From IMG/VR virus record IMGVR_UViG_3300037067_013617, positions 27,943-91,942 of that record: a stretch of 64,000 bases of DNA. One strand, written 5' to 3'. Position 1 is the stretch's first letter; each line of letters starts with the position of its first letter. The stretch is from a virus (Duplodnaviria; Caudoviricetes). The notes under the pieces were generated by a model. The model saw only the letters and a program-made list of their open reading frames with translations, had not been told where the DNA came from and searched no databases. Shown here one piece after another: positions 9,960 through 19,663 of this stretch. Made by a program: the position numbers and the translations under genes.

Positions 9960-10823
9960 ATGAAAAAATATAATACTGGTATATATCAAATTGTAAATCA
10001 AATTAATAATAAAAGATATATCGGAAGTGCAGTAGATTTATATAATCGAAAACATATTCATTTTTCTACTTTAAAAAATAATAACCATAAGAATAAACAT
10101 TTACAACAGGCATATAATAAATATGGAAAAAATAATTTTACATTTAAAATTTTATTATTATGTGATAAAAAAAATTTATTATTTTATGAACAGCGAATTA
10201 TTGATAGTTACTATTTTAATAGTTTATATAATTTACTTCCAAAAGCAGGAAATTGGTTAGGGCATAAACACACAGAAGAAACAAAACAAAAAATATCTAT
10301 AATAAAAACAGGGAAAAAATTATCACAAGAAACTCGGAATAAAATGTCTAAGAGTAGAAAAGGTAGAAAAATATCAGAATATCAAAAACAAGCACTTATA
10401 CAAGGCAAACGAAATGCTACCATATCATTAGAAACAAGAAAAAAATTATCTACTATAGCTAAAAATAGAATATTATCATTCGAAACAAAACAAAAAATTA
10501 GTAATAGTTTAAAAGGACGCATATTTACAAAAGAAACTAGAAGAAAAAAATCTTTAGCACAAATGGGAAACAAAAATCATAGATTTGGAAAACATCCTTC
10601 GAAAAAAACCATAAAGAAGATGCAAGAGTCTCAAAAGAGAAGTAAACATCATTGTGCAAAAGCTATATATCAAATTGATAAAAATACAAATTCTGTAATA
10701 AAAACATGGTTTTGTATTAATGATGCGGCTGATTTTATATCTATATCTAGTACATGTATTTCTATAGCTTGTAAAGATAATTCAAAAACCGCTGGCGGAT
10801 ATAAATGGCAATATGTTAAATAA
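9960..10823 (+). CDS. Free-standing GIY-YIG homing endonuclease with NUMOD3/NUMOD1 repeats
   Basis: NTGIYQI..KRYIGSA; repeated HTEETKQKIS-type units; CK...KTAGGYKWQY; antisense to flanking genes. Confidence 0.9.
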   Translation: MKKYNTGIYQIVNQINNKRYIGSAVDLYNRKHIHFSTLKNNNHKNKHLQQAYNKYGKNNFTFKILLLCDKKNLLFYEQRIIDSYYFNSLYNLLPKAGNWLGHKHTEETKQKISIIKTGKKLSQETRNKMSKSRKGRKISEYQKQALIQGKRNATISLETRKKLSTIAKNRILSFETKQKISNSLKGRIFTKETRRKKSLAQMGNKNHRFGKHPSKKTIKKMQESQKRSKHHCAKAIYQIDKNTNSVIKTWFCINDAADFISISSTCISIACKDNSKTAGGYKWQYVK

Positions 10824-10827
10824 AATC

Positions 10828-12225
10828 TTATTCTATAGCCTCCTCGAATATTCGACGGAACGAAGGACTTTCTCTATTTACAGGAATTGGATTAGATGTA
10901 TTCCGTTTCCATTCGTCTAATTTAAAATTATATTGAGCTGCATCAACTGCTTGATAAATATTATTATTAAATTGCACAATGTCATTACCAATTTTTTTTG
11001 GATTATTGGAGTCTATTTCTTCTTTTGTTTTTTCGGCATAATCTATTTGTTGTGGAACGAATTTATATTTTTTTTGTTTATGCTCTACATCGTCTGTTTT
11101 GGAATTATAATATTCTTCATCTAAATTTATAGGTTGCATTGTAGCTTTATTATGGGGATGGGCAGGACACACTGCATGAAACCATTCTTGTTTTTTTCTT
11201 CCAATATTATTTTTTCCGATCCACAATGCATAATTTGTATTTGGATCTTTAATCCCAATATCGGATAATAATTCAGTATTTTCTCCAGCGATAATTGACG
11301 ATGGAATCAATCGAGCAATAGTTCCTCGAACACTTACACAGAAATCACACGTCCCACCTATCCTAACGAAATATTGTGCCCTACTTGGATCTTTCAACGA
11401 TGCCATTGCATCTGCTTCATAAGGTGCGAGTATCCCCATTTCATATATAGATGCCATTTCAGTCGAGGCAATTCTATTCCAGTTTTTCTTTAATGTTTCA
11501 GCACTGTATCTATTCGTTAAATTTTCATCTCTTTCTATATTCCAAAATAATTGACTTCCCACTTCTACCGGGCTCTTATTTTCTTTTATCCCAGTCTCAA
11601 TCTGCTGCCGGATAGCTTCCTGTAACTCGTTGTTCGATTGTTTAACGTACATGGCGATGGATGAATACGTCTTGTTCAGTGCATTCTTTTCCGATTTATT
11701 AAAGTCATATTTTTTATAGGCCTGAGCGAGCGCGGACGGCATTTTTCCGTTGTATTGATCTGCAATAACCTGATGCAAGGATTGATTCTGATATGGTTTT
11801 TTCTTCTTTCTGAAGGCAGTCGTCTGTTTTCCCAGGATATGTGCCTTGATGGTTACGTCCTCGGCCACCGTGTCCGCGTATTCACTCCAATAATTATCAA
11901 TAGCATTATTGAATTTACGCCATTGCCTCGGCGTTAGCGGTTTCCCCGATCCATATATCTTTTCTTTATATCTAAATTTCGGAACTTTATAATGAAAAAT
12001 ATTTTTAAATCGGCTGAGAATAGAATCCCATAATTCGGCTTTCTGCATTGTCGCAGGATGCTTTGTCGCTAATTTATATGCTTCTGATTCCTTTAATCCT
12101 AAATTAACAGCAACGCCGGTATAAATTTCATCGATAAGAGCAGACATATATGCGTTCCAATATTGCAATAATTCTGCTACATATTTAACGTCGTATTGTT
12201 CCTGCTCTTCCTGTTTCTTGTCCAT
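10828..12225 (-). CDS. Minor head morphogenesis protein (MuF/SPP1 gp7-like)
   Basis: RIASTE, TCDFC, CPAHPHN pattern; head-gene context. Confidence 0.7.
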   Translation of the reverse strand: MDKKQEEQEQYDVKYVAELLQYWNAYMSALIDEIYTGVAVNLGLKESEAYKLATKHPATMQKAELWDSILSRFKNIFHYKVPKFRYKEKIYGSGKPLTPRQWRKFNNAIDNYWSEYADTVAEDVTIKAHILGKQTTAFRKKKKPYQNQSLHQVIADQYNGKMPSALAQAYKKYDFNKSEKNALNKTYSSIAMYVKQSNNELQEAIRQQIETGIKENKSPVEVGSQLFWNIERDENLTNRYSAETLKKNWNRIASTEMASIYEMGILAPYEADAMASLKDPSRAQYFVRIGGTCDFCVSVRGTIARLIPSSIIAGENTELLSDIGIKDPNTNYALWIGKNNIGRKKQEWFHAVCPAHPHNKATMQPINLDEEYYNSKTDDVEHKQKKYKFVPQQIDYAEKTKEEIDSNNPKKIGNDIVQFNNNIYQAVDAAQYNFKLDEWKRNTSNPIPVNRESPSFRRIFEEAIE

Positions 12226-12267
12226 GCTTCAGATTAAAAACAGATAATAAAAAAAGTCAATTATAAA

Positions 12268-12305
12268 ATAGGAAACCCCTTATCGGGAGTGAATAAGGGG
12301 TTTCC
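12268..12305 (-). terminator. Intrinsic terminator-like hairpin
   Basis: GGAAACCCCTTAT / ATAAGGGGTTTCC 13-bp stem followed by TATTTT on the minus strand. Confidence 0.55.
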
Positions 12306-12447
12306 GTGGAACATTAAAGCAAGCTGTAAAGATCGTATAACTTTACGCATCTCATATAAGCAGGAGTCTTATATGAGGGTAAATTAATATATATCAAAAC
12401 ACAGCAATTCTTTTTGTCAATTATTTTTTTTAAATATTTTTAAATAA

Positions 12448-12481
12448 AATGCTTGACAAATTGAGAGCAATAAAATAATAT
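12448..12481 (+). promoter_or_regulatory. Sigma70-type early promoter with overlapping palindrome (copy 1)
   Basis: TTGACA-17-TAATAT; AATGCT-N12-AGCAAT. Confidence 0.7.
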
Positions 12482-12516
12482 CTTTATATTAAGAAATTAA
12501 AAAATGAGAAAAGACG

Positions 12517-12786
12517 ATGACAACTTACAAAACAATCAATGAAGCAATCGAAGCCGCAAAAAACCCGACGGAAGCAAACAATGGACAAAAAAATGCTTAT
12601 GAAATATCGATTGAATTAGCCGAAACAGCTAAAAATTTAGTTGGAAAAACATTGAGCAAAGATGGAAAATCTATGAAAATTGAAAAATGGGTAAATCAGA
12701 ATTATGTTGTATCCGCTAATGGCATATACATGATAAGCCCAGTAATGTACACAATCCAGATGTCAAAAAATTTTGAAATTAATTAA
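12517..12786 (+). CDS. Hypothetical early protein
   Basis: First ORF after the early promoter. Confidence 0.6.
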   Translation: MTTYKTINEAIEAAKNPTEANNGQKNAYEISIELAETAKNLVGKTLSKDGKSMKIEKWVNQNYVVSANGIYMISPVMYTIQMSKNFEIN

Positions 12787-12839
12787 CAAATTCCGTCCGA
12801 GTCCGGCGGGCGTAAAATATCGGACAAAAAAGAGGGGAT

Positions 12840-13067
12840 ATGACACAAGTGCAATTAAACGAATGGAAAAAACAAGCCGAAAAAGATAATTTACTTGATG
12901 ATTATGAATATCATATCGGTATGGTAAGCAATCCATTGCCTTATCAACAATGGAAATTAAAATTTAACACTCTCAATGCAATACAGGCACGAGCCGATTA
13001 TTATGATAATATGTCTCAATCATTAATAGATAAAGAAACAAAACTTTGCAATGAATTGGGTTATTAG
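12840..13067 (+). CDS. Hypothetical early protein
   Basis: GAGGGG RBS; operon context. Confidence 0.6.
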   Translation: MTQVQLNEWKKQAEKDNLLDDYEYHIGMVSNPLPYQQWKLKFNTLNAIQARADYYDNMSQSLIDKETKLCNELGY

Positions 13068-13137
13068 CAGAGTCAAGCGGGCATTAGTCCCGCTGTAATG
13101 CGCAAGATCAGTGACAAGCCCTTGCAATCTTAATACC
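13059..13137 (+). ncRNA. Twister ribozyme-like RNA (P5-type circular permutation), irregular P4
   Basis: GCAGAGUCA - P1 hairpin AGCGGG/CCCGCU - GUAAUGC - GUGACAAGC; UGC/GCA P2, UGAC/GUCA pseudoknot, UAUUA/UAAUA terminal stem. Confidence 0.6.
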
Positions 13138-13167
13138 GGAATAAATACCGGACAAAAAAGAGGATGT

Positions 13168-13335
13168 ATGGAAAGACAAAAAAATATTGAAAAGCTTATA
13201 GCATGGGCAAAAAATCAAGGGTATGTTTTTTGTGAAGAAGCTCTTGATGAATATGCAAAATTGATTGATAGAAATTTAACTCTTTTAACCGATTGGCATA
13301 ATTCATTTGGTCAATATATAATAAGAGAAGAATAG
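13168..13335 (+). CDS. Hypothetical early protein (MERQKNIEK...)
   Basis: GAGG RBS before ATG at 13168; the longer track start overlaps the ribozyme. Confidence 0.55.
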   Translation: MERQKNIEKLIAWAKNQGYVFCEEALDEYAKLIDRNLTLLTDWHNSFGQYIIREE

Positions 13336-13367
13336 CAGAGTCAAGCGGGCAATAAGTCCGCTGTAAT
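13335..13367 (+). repeat. Truncated second copy of the twister-like element
   Basis: GCAGAGTCAAGCGGGCAATAAGTCCGCTGTAAT versus 13067-13099. Confidence 0.7.
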
Positions 13368-13414
13368 ATATTAACTTGTCTGCAAATCAAAATTTTTGAT
13401 AAAGGCTGGTAATT

Positions 13415-13846
13415 ATGAAAATAATAATTATTGTACTTATCCTTTTGCTTCCGTCAATGTCATTTGAATCCATTAGCATTAAAGAATTTGTCCGGCAAGA
13501 ATGCCGCCGAAATAAAATATCTCCTGCATTATTTATGAATCTTATTCATGCGGAATCAAGCTGGCGACCACACGCTATGGGAAAACTTATTAAAATCAAA
13601 TACAAAGGAAAATATATTCACACGCGGGCTATTGGATTATGTCAAATTATTCCTGAACTACATTATCAAGGAAATAAATATGATTTATTTAATCCAAAAC
13701 TTAATATCAAAATAGGTATCAGAATATATAAAAATTGTCTGAGAAAAGCAAAAGGAAATCGCGTTCAGGCATTAAGATATTATAACGGTCAGGTCAAAAA
13801 TAAAAATAATAAATATATCGAAAAAATTTTAAAAAGGAGAATTTAA
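13415..13846 (+). CDS. Lytic transglycosylase (SLT domain) with N-terminal signal/anchor
   Basis: HAESSW, AIGLCQI, LFNPKLNI, ALRYYNG; hydrophobic N-terminus. Confidence 0.85.
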   Translation: MKIIIIVLILLLPSMSFESISIKEFVRQECRRNKISPALFMNLIHAESSWRPHAMGKLIKIKYKGKYIHTRAIGLCQIIPELHYQGNKYDLFNPKLNIKIGIRIYKNCLRKAKGNRVQALRYYNGQVKNKNNKYIEKILKRRI

Positions 13847-14001
13847 TATTATGCCGATTATTATATTTGGAATTCTTTTTACTTGTTTTATCGTATTATT
13901 GCTGGCTGGAATATACGGATTTATAATGTTAATTCATGGTCCACTTCACCGCTCAGATAAAGCAGACCATGAAATAAAATTATTATATGGAATTGATTTT
14001 A

Positions 14002-15762
14002 CTAAGCTTTAACGTAAACCGAACCATCAATATTTTTAGTCGTCAGAACTTCTCTTATATCTTCATTCTGAATCAATGCCGCAGGCAGATCCAGTGCAAC
14101 ACCAATATCCTCATTCGCGAGCGCCCATTCCTGCAATACATCATTAACCTGATCCAGTGTATCAACGGCTATAATTACATCATAGTATTCTGTGCCATGT
14201 AATACCTGGCAATATCTAAGATTCTTGACGTTAGCCGTAGACGCTGCCGTTCCAGTATAAGTCTCGGCTTCCGCACCATCGACAACTAATGTTTCATCGT
14301 CGAAACTATATCCGGCCTTATGAATTTTAACGATATATGTACCATCGTCCAGATTAAAGGTTACTTGTCCTGAACTATCGCTTAATTCCCTCGCGTATAA
14401 TACTGTACCACCTGCATCAAATAATTCAACACTGGCTTCTACGATATTAGCGCCTATTGCATCATGGAGTGTTAAAACAACTACATTGCTGCCGGTTGGA
14501 CCGCTTCCACCGCCGCCAACCCAAGTCGTATCGCCATGGTCACGAATAGCTTCATTAGAGTCATCCGCCGGATCAAAATTCCCAACAGGAGTAATCAATG
14601 TATGATTCTTGCTCATTAAACCTTTGAGTTTATCAACTATGTCATTATATTTTGTTAAAGCATCTGTAAGTGTTGCGAGGGTCGTAATATTAGCCTTAAA
14701 ATCATCAGGAGTTGTAACGGCGTTACTGCCGACGTAATCAACTCTGGCATCAACTTTACCCGTTGTTGTAAATATCAATTGATCCGTTTTAGTTTTAATG
14801 GCTCCCACTTCAGAATCAATATATCCGGCTATTGCGCCTAATGCCGATATAATACTGTCAATATCCGTATTTGCGGATATTGCAGCATCGGCAGCAGCTT
14901 GTGCCTGAGCGCTTGAAAGATTATTCAATGCCGCAATTAATGTTTGTAAAGCGGCATTGCCATAAGTGACTGAACTAACAATGGCTCCGGCATCAGCTGT
15001 TTGCTTAGTATTACCAGTATATGTATCAATAGTACCAACGACCCAATCCGCTAATTTCTTACCAATTGAACCAACGGCTGTTAAACCGGAAAGTAGCTGA
15101 TTCCATATCGCAAGAATACCGGCAGAGGATAAGCTGAATCCGGTCTTATCAGATACGGCGATACTCTGTCCCGCCGTCAAATCAACAGTCTGATTAACTT
15201 TCGTCCCATTCGTTGTGGGAATGCCTCCGTTCGCTCCGGCTACGGCATCGGGTAAACTATTGATGGTTCCCGTTGGCGTTGCCTTATTAAAAAATTTGGT
15301 AAAAGCTGCTGCAATTTGTCCTGCTGTTTCCGTTATCGCAGTACCAAGAATTTGGATTAAGTTTGCCTTAACAACGGTATCGGGGTCCCATCCGATTGTA
15401 GGCGGATCGGCTTTGACAGCGGCAGCAATATCTAAATCTGTCGCTATTGCAGTAGTTGTGAATTCTCCTATAAACCCTGTCGGATTAACCGAACTAACAG
15501 CCAATGTACAAAATACCGCATATTCAGAATTAGCAAGAAACCCATTAGCAGTTGTACCTGGAACCGCTACCTCAGCGCATCCATTGGGATAGCTTACATG
15601 AGTTAATATATACGGAGTTGCGGTATAGACAGGAGCTGCCGAAGCGGCCGCGCCTTTCAGCCTTACATACGCGGCATGGTCTGTGCCATCGGCGCCTGTA
15701 CCTGTGATATCATTGATACCAAAATTAAAAATAAATGTACTTTCAAGAGCTTTATATTGCAT
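14002..15762 (-). CDS. Virion fibre/appendage-like structural protein
   Basis: Ala/Gly/Thr-rich, Ig/Cna-like segment near the C-terminus, C-terminal domain shared with the 20816 ORF. Confidence 0.55.
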   Translation of the reverse strand: MQYKALESTFIFNFGINDITGTGADGTDHAAYVRLKGAAASAAPVYTATPYILTHVSYPNGCAEVAVPGTTANGFLANSEYAVFCTLAVSSVNPTGFIGEFTTTAIATDLDIAAAVKADPPTIGWDPDTVVKANLIQILGTAITETAGQIAAAFTKFFNKATPTGTINSLPDAVAGANGGIPTTNGTKVNQTVDLTAGQSIAVSDKTGFSLSSAGILAIWNQLLSGLTAVGSIGKKLADWVVGTIDTYTGNTKQTADAGAIVSSVTYGNAALQTLIAALNNLSSAQAQAAADAAISANTDIDSIISALGAIAGYIDSEVGAIKTKTDQLIFTTTGKVDARVDYVGSNAVTTPDDFKANITTLATLTDALTKYNDIVDKLKGLMSKNHTLITPVGNFDPADDSNEAIRDHGDTTWVGGGGSGPTGSNVVVLTLHDAIGANIVEASVELFDAGGTVLYARELSDSSGQVTFNLDDGTYIVKIHKAGYSFDDETLVVDGAEAETYTGTAASTANVKNLRYCQVLHGTEYYDVIIAVDTLDQVNDVLQEWALANEDIGVALDLPAALIQNEDIREVLTTKNIDGSVYVKA

Positions 15763-17269
15763 TGATCAGTCCTCCGTTTATTCCTACCATTGCTCCCCCG
15801 CCTGTTCCGCTTATTGTAATTGGATTTTCCAAAACTACGGTTACGCCGTAAGCTGTTACATAATTTCCATTTGGAATTTTATTAACGATAGAATCTCCAC
15901 CCGAAGCAGATGCAATTTCGGCCTCGGTATAAGTCGCAAGAGCCCCGCCGACAGCAACATCAAGATCAGCATTACTTCCAAGTCCTATTCCAATAAGAAT
16001 GCCATCGTCATCTGCATCTTGTACGTAATATCTTGATCGGATCCATTCTCCTGCGCCGCCTTCCGTAATTAAAGCCCATGCTTCTTTTGCACCTATACCG
16101 AATAATCCTGTTTTTCGTACCCAACCTGTTGCCGTATCATAAGCACATCCAGTCACAGAATATAATGGTTCGCCATTTGCACCTTGAAAACTGCTATATG
16201 CACCTCCGGAACTATAGGCACCGCCATTGTTATCTGACATTCCAGAGCGATCACCTTGTCCGCCGACTACGATTGTTTTTGCAGGGTAAGAAGGAGATGG
16301 GGCGGTAGGAGCAAGCTCATAAACCCCCACATCCCAACTTCCAGTTCTAGTTGTATTTAAAAAATCGTAATTAAATGGATAAGTTACGTCACCTGATAAG
16401 TCAACACCTATATCTTTTAATCCAGAACTTGATCCTATTGTAGCGTTACAAGCTCCCGCAGTTACATTGGTAAAATAAGCCCCAGAGCCAATAGCACATG
16501 CAACTACTGTTGAACTAAAAGAACCGTCTGAAGAAGCATTATTGGAATGGTTTTGAGTGCCATTATAATATCCGGCAGTAAATGATCCAGAAGTACCCGC
16601 GTAGCAATTTTTTAACGTATTCGTTCCATTTGTAGAACCATAAAATCCATACACTGAAGCATTTATTGATACACAATTATATATCGTTATTGCAGAGGAA
16701 CTTGCACACGTAAAACCTCTTTTTCCGCCATATGCTACGCAGTTTATAAATATATTTCCAGTACCGTAGTTATAAAAACAATATCCATTGCTTCCTACTC
16801 CTATATCATATCCAACACAATTTATTATTTTGCAATATGATGAGTTATTTATACTTAAGCAATTATCTCCGTTAGCGGAAGAATTTTTAATTCCTATACC
16901 TTTAATTACAGTATAAGATACTGCCGATATATCTAGAACACTAGTATAAGCTCTACTAACTATCAGTCTATATCCAGCCGTTCTATTAATATTGCATTTT
17001 GCATCGCCAAGCGTTTGTATTGTAATGAATCTAGTTGCATCTGTAGTAAAACCTGTTATATTACAATAAGCTGTATCGTTTAGGGCATCCCATCCGGTAC
17101 CGCCTATAATTTCGCATACTTCTAATTCATCAGCAGTTACTAAGTTTCTAGCCCTAGCTGCAACCCATGCAGCCATTGATGTATATGCATAAGCTCCGTA
17201 TTTAGTAGTCTCAGCTCCACTTAAAGAATATCCGGTTGGATAAATACAACTATATACTGTAGTAGCCAT
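15752..17269 (-). CDS. Right-handed beta-helix virion protein (spike/adhesin-like)
   Basis: Repeated (I/F)xNC..Y..GF coils, WDVGVYE. Confidence 0.6.
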   Translation of the reverse strand: MATTVYSCIYPTGYSLSGAETTKYGAYAYTSMAAWVAARARNLVTADELEVCEIIGGTGWDALNDTAYCNITGFTTDATRFITIQTLGDAKCNINRTAGYRLIVSRAYTSVLDISAVSYTVIKGIGIKNSSANGDNCLSINNSSYCKIINCVGYDIGVGSNGYCFYNYGTGNIFINCVAYGGKRGFTCASSSAITIYNCVSINASVYGFYGSTNGTNTLKNCYAGTSGSFTAGYYNGTQNHSNNASSDGSFSSTVVACAIGSGAYFTNVTAGACNATIGSSSGLKDIGVDLSGDVTYPFNYDFLNTTRTGSWDVGVYELAPTAPSPSYPAKTIVVGGQGDRSGMSDNNGGAYSSGGAYSSFQGANGEPLYSVTGCAYDTATGWVRKTGLFGIGAKEAWALITEGGAGEWIRSRYYVQDADDDGILIGIGLGSNADLDVAVGGALATYTEAEIASASGGDSIVNKIPNGNYVTAYGVTVVLENPITISGTGGGAMVGINGGLINAI

Positions 17270-17647
17270 TTATTCCTCGGAAAATAAAACTTTATTATTC
17301 TTTATAGATAAGTTTTCTTTGAATTTCTCATCTTCATATCTTGCTAAATGATTTGGCATGTCTGTTATTTCAATCCAGTCTTTTCCTGATTTATATACAT
17401 GTTTTATCTCTGGTTCGTCAAAAGTCCATTCTATAGTTCTTGATTTTCGTACAACTCTTATTTCTGGTATAGACGTATCATGGTTCGATTTAGTTAATAA
17501 AAAAGAATCTGATATCTTTACAATATTAAATTGTATTTTTTCAGAAGAGCTAAATTGATGATTATCGGGAAAAATTCCTATAACATCATTCACTTCAGCC
17601 TTTCCTTCTTTTTTTGTAATATTATTTATAAGTAATATCTGAGACAT
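17270..17647 (-). CDS. Hypothetical protein
   Basis: ORF with GGGGGG RBS, in operon. Confidence 0.6.
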   Translation of the reverse strand: MSQILLINNITKKEGKAEVNDVIGIFPDNHQFSSSEKIQFNIVKISDSFLLTKSNHDTSIPEIRVVRKSRTIEWTFDEPEIKHVYKSGKDWIEITDMPNHLARYEDEKFKENLSIKNNKVLFSEE

Positions 17648-17667
17648 ATTTTTTAAACCCCCCCTTT

Positions 17668-18660
17668 TTATATTGTTATTAAAGTTCCCTTACCATCGGG
17701 ATCGTTTTCATCATAAACATAATTCTCCGACCATTCCGGTGTTATCGTATTTGTCGCAAAGTATCCCCATGCACTATCACTCGGTAACAAAGTAAGTCTA
17801 TTATTTGTTATAGAATAAGGCAATGTAGTGCCAGTTGTACCAGTCAAATGTATAACATATGAAGATGATTCAAATAAATTCCCTGTTACTGAAACCCCAT
17901 TTGTTATAACATACCCACTAGCAGGTTGATTAAAAAATGCTCCAGTACAGTGCACACGAACAAGTTCATCATCCATTAAAATTCTATTATTTGATACTAT
18001 TACTCCATCACCTTCACTTGACCAAATACTCATTCCCACGCAATGATCGTTTGAATCTACTTTATATAAAACATCATGTATGTAGTTTTGAGATATAATC
18101 GTTTGCCCATTTGTATTATATGCCATTACTCCGGCATCACAATGATGTAAATTATTTCGTCTTAAAATACTATTTGTAAGAGATAGACAATTATGCGCCC
18201 AATCTTCATTTAATAATTCTCCCGAAACTTCACAATCCTCCATAGTCCCACCAACTAATTCAACAAAATACATTCCTGATTGTAAAGCTGTTGGACGAAA
18301 TAAACAATTTTTAAAAACCGTCCCGCCTTCAGGCGCACGTAAATATTTTGTATAAGTAAAAATTTTATTCTCAATAGTCTGATTCCCATAAACATATAAA
18401 TAACCACCAGTGCCCCCGATCCATTGTGCCTTGCCGGCATCAGCACCATTTAAATCAAAATCCGTTAAAGCCGAATAATCTCCCTTTAATCCTATATTTA
18501 AAGTAGTTAAATTCCATCCATAAAGAGTACCTGGGGGTGGAGTACTACCACTCTTCAAAAACATTCCATATTTAGAATATATCCCCTTCTTAAATTTCCA
18601 TAATGGACTCGGAGGAAATACTGACTTATCTATTTGGTATAATTTATCTAACATTTTCAT
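17668..18660 (-). CDS. Right-handed beta-helix protein
   Basis: Repeats such as ILRRNNLHH, IISQNYIHD, VIVSNNRI, VTGNLF. Confidence 0.6.
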   Translation of the reverse strand: MKMLDKLYQIDKSVFPPSPLWKFKKGIYSKYGMFLKSGSTPPPGTLYGWNLTTLNIGLKGDYSALTDFDLNGADAGKAQWIGGTGGYLYVYGNQTIENKIFTYTKYLRAPEGGTVFKNCLFRPTALQSGMYFVELVGGTMEDCEVSGELLNEDWAHNCLSLTNSILRRNNLHHCDAGVMAYNTNGQTIISQNYIHDVLYKVDSNDHCVGMSIWSSEGDGVIVSNNRILMDDELVRVHCTGAFFNQPASGYVITNGVSVTGNLFESSSYVIHLTGTTGTTLPYSITNNRLTLLPSDSAWGYFATNTITPEWSENYVYDENDPDGKGTLITI

Positions 18661-18712
18661 AAGAAATCTTCTTTATCTGATTTTCCGGTGTTCTGAAAGA
18701 ATATTTATTCAT

Positions 18713-19201
18713 TTACTTAAAAGCCTTCTGAGCCACAATTTCTACACCAAAACTTCCTTTATCTTTAGGAATAATAAAACTGCATCCAATTGCTGCAAAA
18801 TCCAATTGATATAAATACCCAGGATGAGCGAAATATCCTATTTTATTATTCCATCCCATTCCTAATTGAATAATATGCCGTGTCGTATTTTGTGCCTCAA
18901 ATTCAAACATAAAATCTGCTGATTTACAATCGTCATAAGCTCTGCCATATAATTTATTCCCTTTTGTGTCTGCGACTACTTTAATATCCGAATTTGCACA
19001 ATCCTTAGCTATTTGACAATCGGCGGGATTATTAATATCGGTATTTGCAGTATTTGTTTGATGTTGTGTCGGTCCAATTTCCGAATTCACAATTTTTAAT
19101 TTTATATTCGGAAAATATATTTTAGTTGTTAAAACAGCAATAATTATTGAACAAATCCAACATCCGGCTATAATTTTATTTTTCATTTTCTTCTTCTTCA
19201 T
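18713..19201 (-). CDS. Membrane-anchored protein in lysis cassette (spanin-like candidate)
   Basis: N-terminal TM helix; downstream of holin-like and amidase genes. Confidence 0.4.
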   Translation of the reverse strand: MKKKKMKNKIIAGCWICSIIIAVLTTKIYFPNIKLKIVNSEIGPTQHQTNTANTDINNPADCQIAKDCANSDIKVVADTKGNKLYGRAYDDCKSADFMFEFEAQNTTRHIIQLGMGWNNKIGYFAHPGYLYQLDFAAIGCSFIIPKDKGSFGVEIVAQKAFK

Positions 19202-19448
19202 TGTTTAATGTTTTTAATTTATCTAAAAATTCCTTTTTATCGCTTTCCCGTCTATCATTTTTTTTTCTAAAAGGCCTGTTTGCAAAATGTTCTCCTACGT
19301 TCCCGCCAATCATTATCCCTGCCAAAAAAATCATAAATTGGATCATTAAATCCAATTTATTAATAGCGGCACTGGTAATATATAAAATATTAGCATTTAA
19401 TAAAAAAATAAGACCAATTATAATTTTTCTTAGTCCGGTTAATTTCAT
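19176..19448 (-). CDS. Putative holin
   Basis: Two TM segments, GNVGEH, charged C-terminal tail. Confidence 0.55.
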   Translation of the reverse strand: MKLTGLRKIIIGLIFLLNANILYITSAAINKLDLMIQFMIFLAGIMIGGNVGEHFANRPFRKKNDRRESDKKEFLDKLKTLNNEEEENEK

Positions 19449-19663
19449 CTGACTATATCCTTGACATCAGAAATACGAACAGGAGAACAGCCAAAATTAT
19501 ATTCAATATGTCCGTTGCTATTTGTGCATTCCCATTTTACAGTAAGTAATAAAATAATAAATGCCCAAACGATAATTTTATTCTCACGAATAAAATTCCA
19601 GTATTTTGAAATAGAAACCGATGCATTATAATTTTTTTTCATATTCTTGTTATTCCGTAACAT
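19445..19663 (-). CDS. Small membrane protein of lysis cassette
   Basis: One TM segment; overlaps amidase and holin-like genes. Confidence 0.4.
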   Translation of the reverse strand: MLRNNKNMKKNYNASVSISKYWNFIRENKIIVWAFIILLLTVKWECTNSNGHIEYNFGCSPVRISDVKDIVR

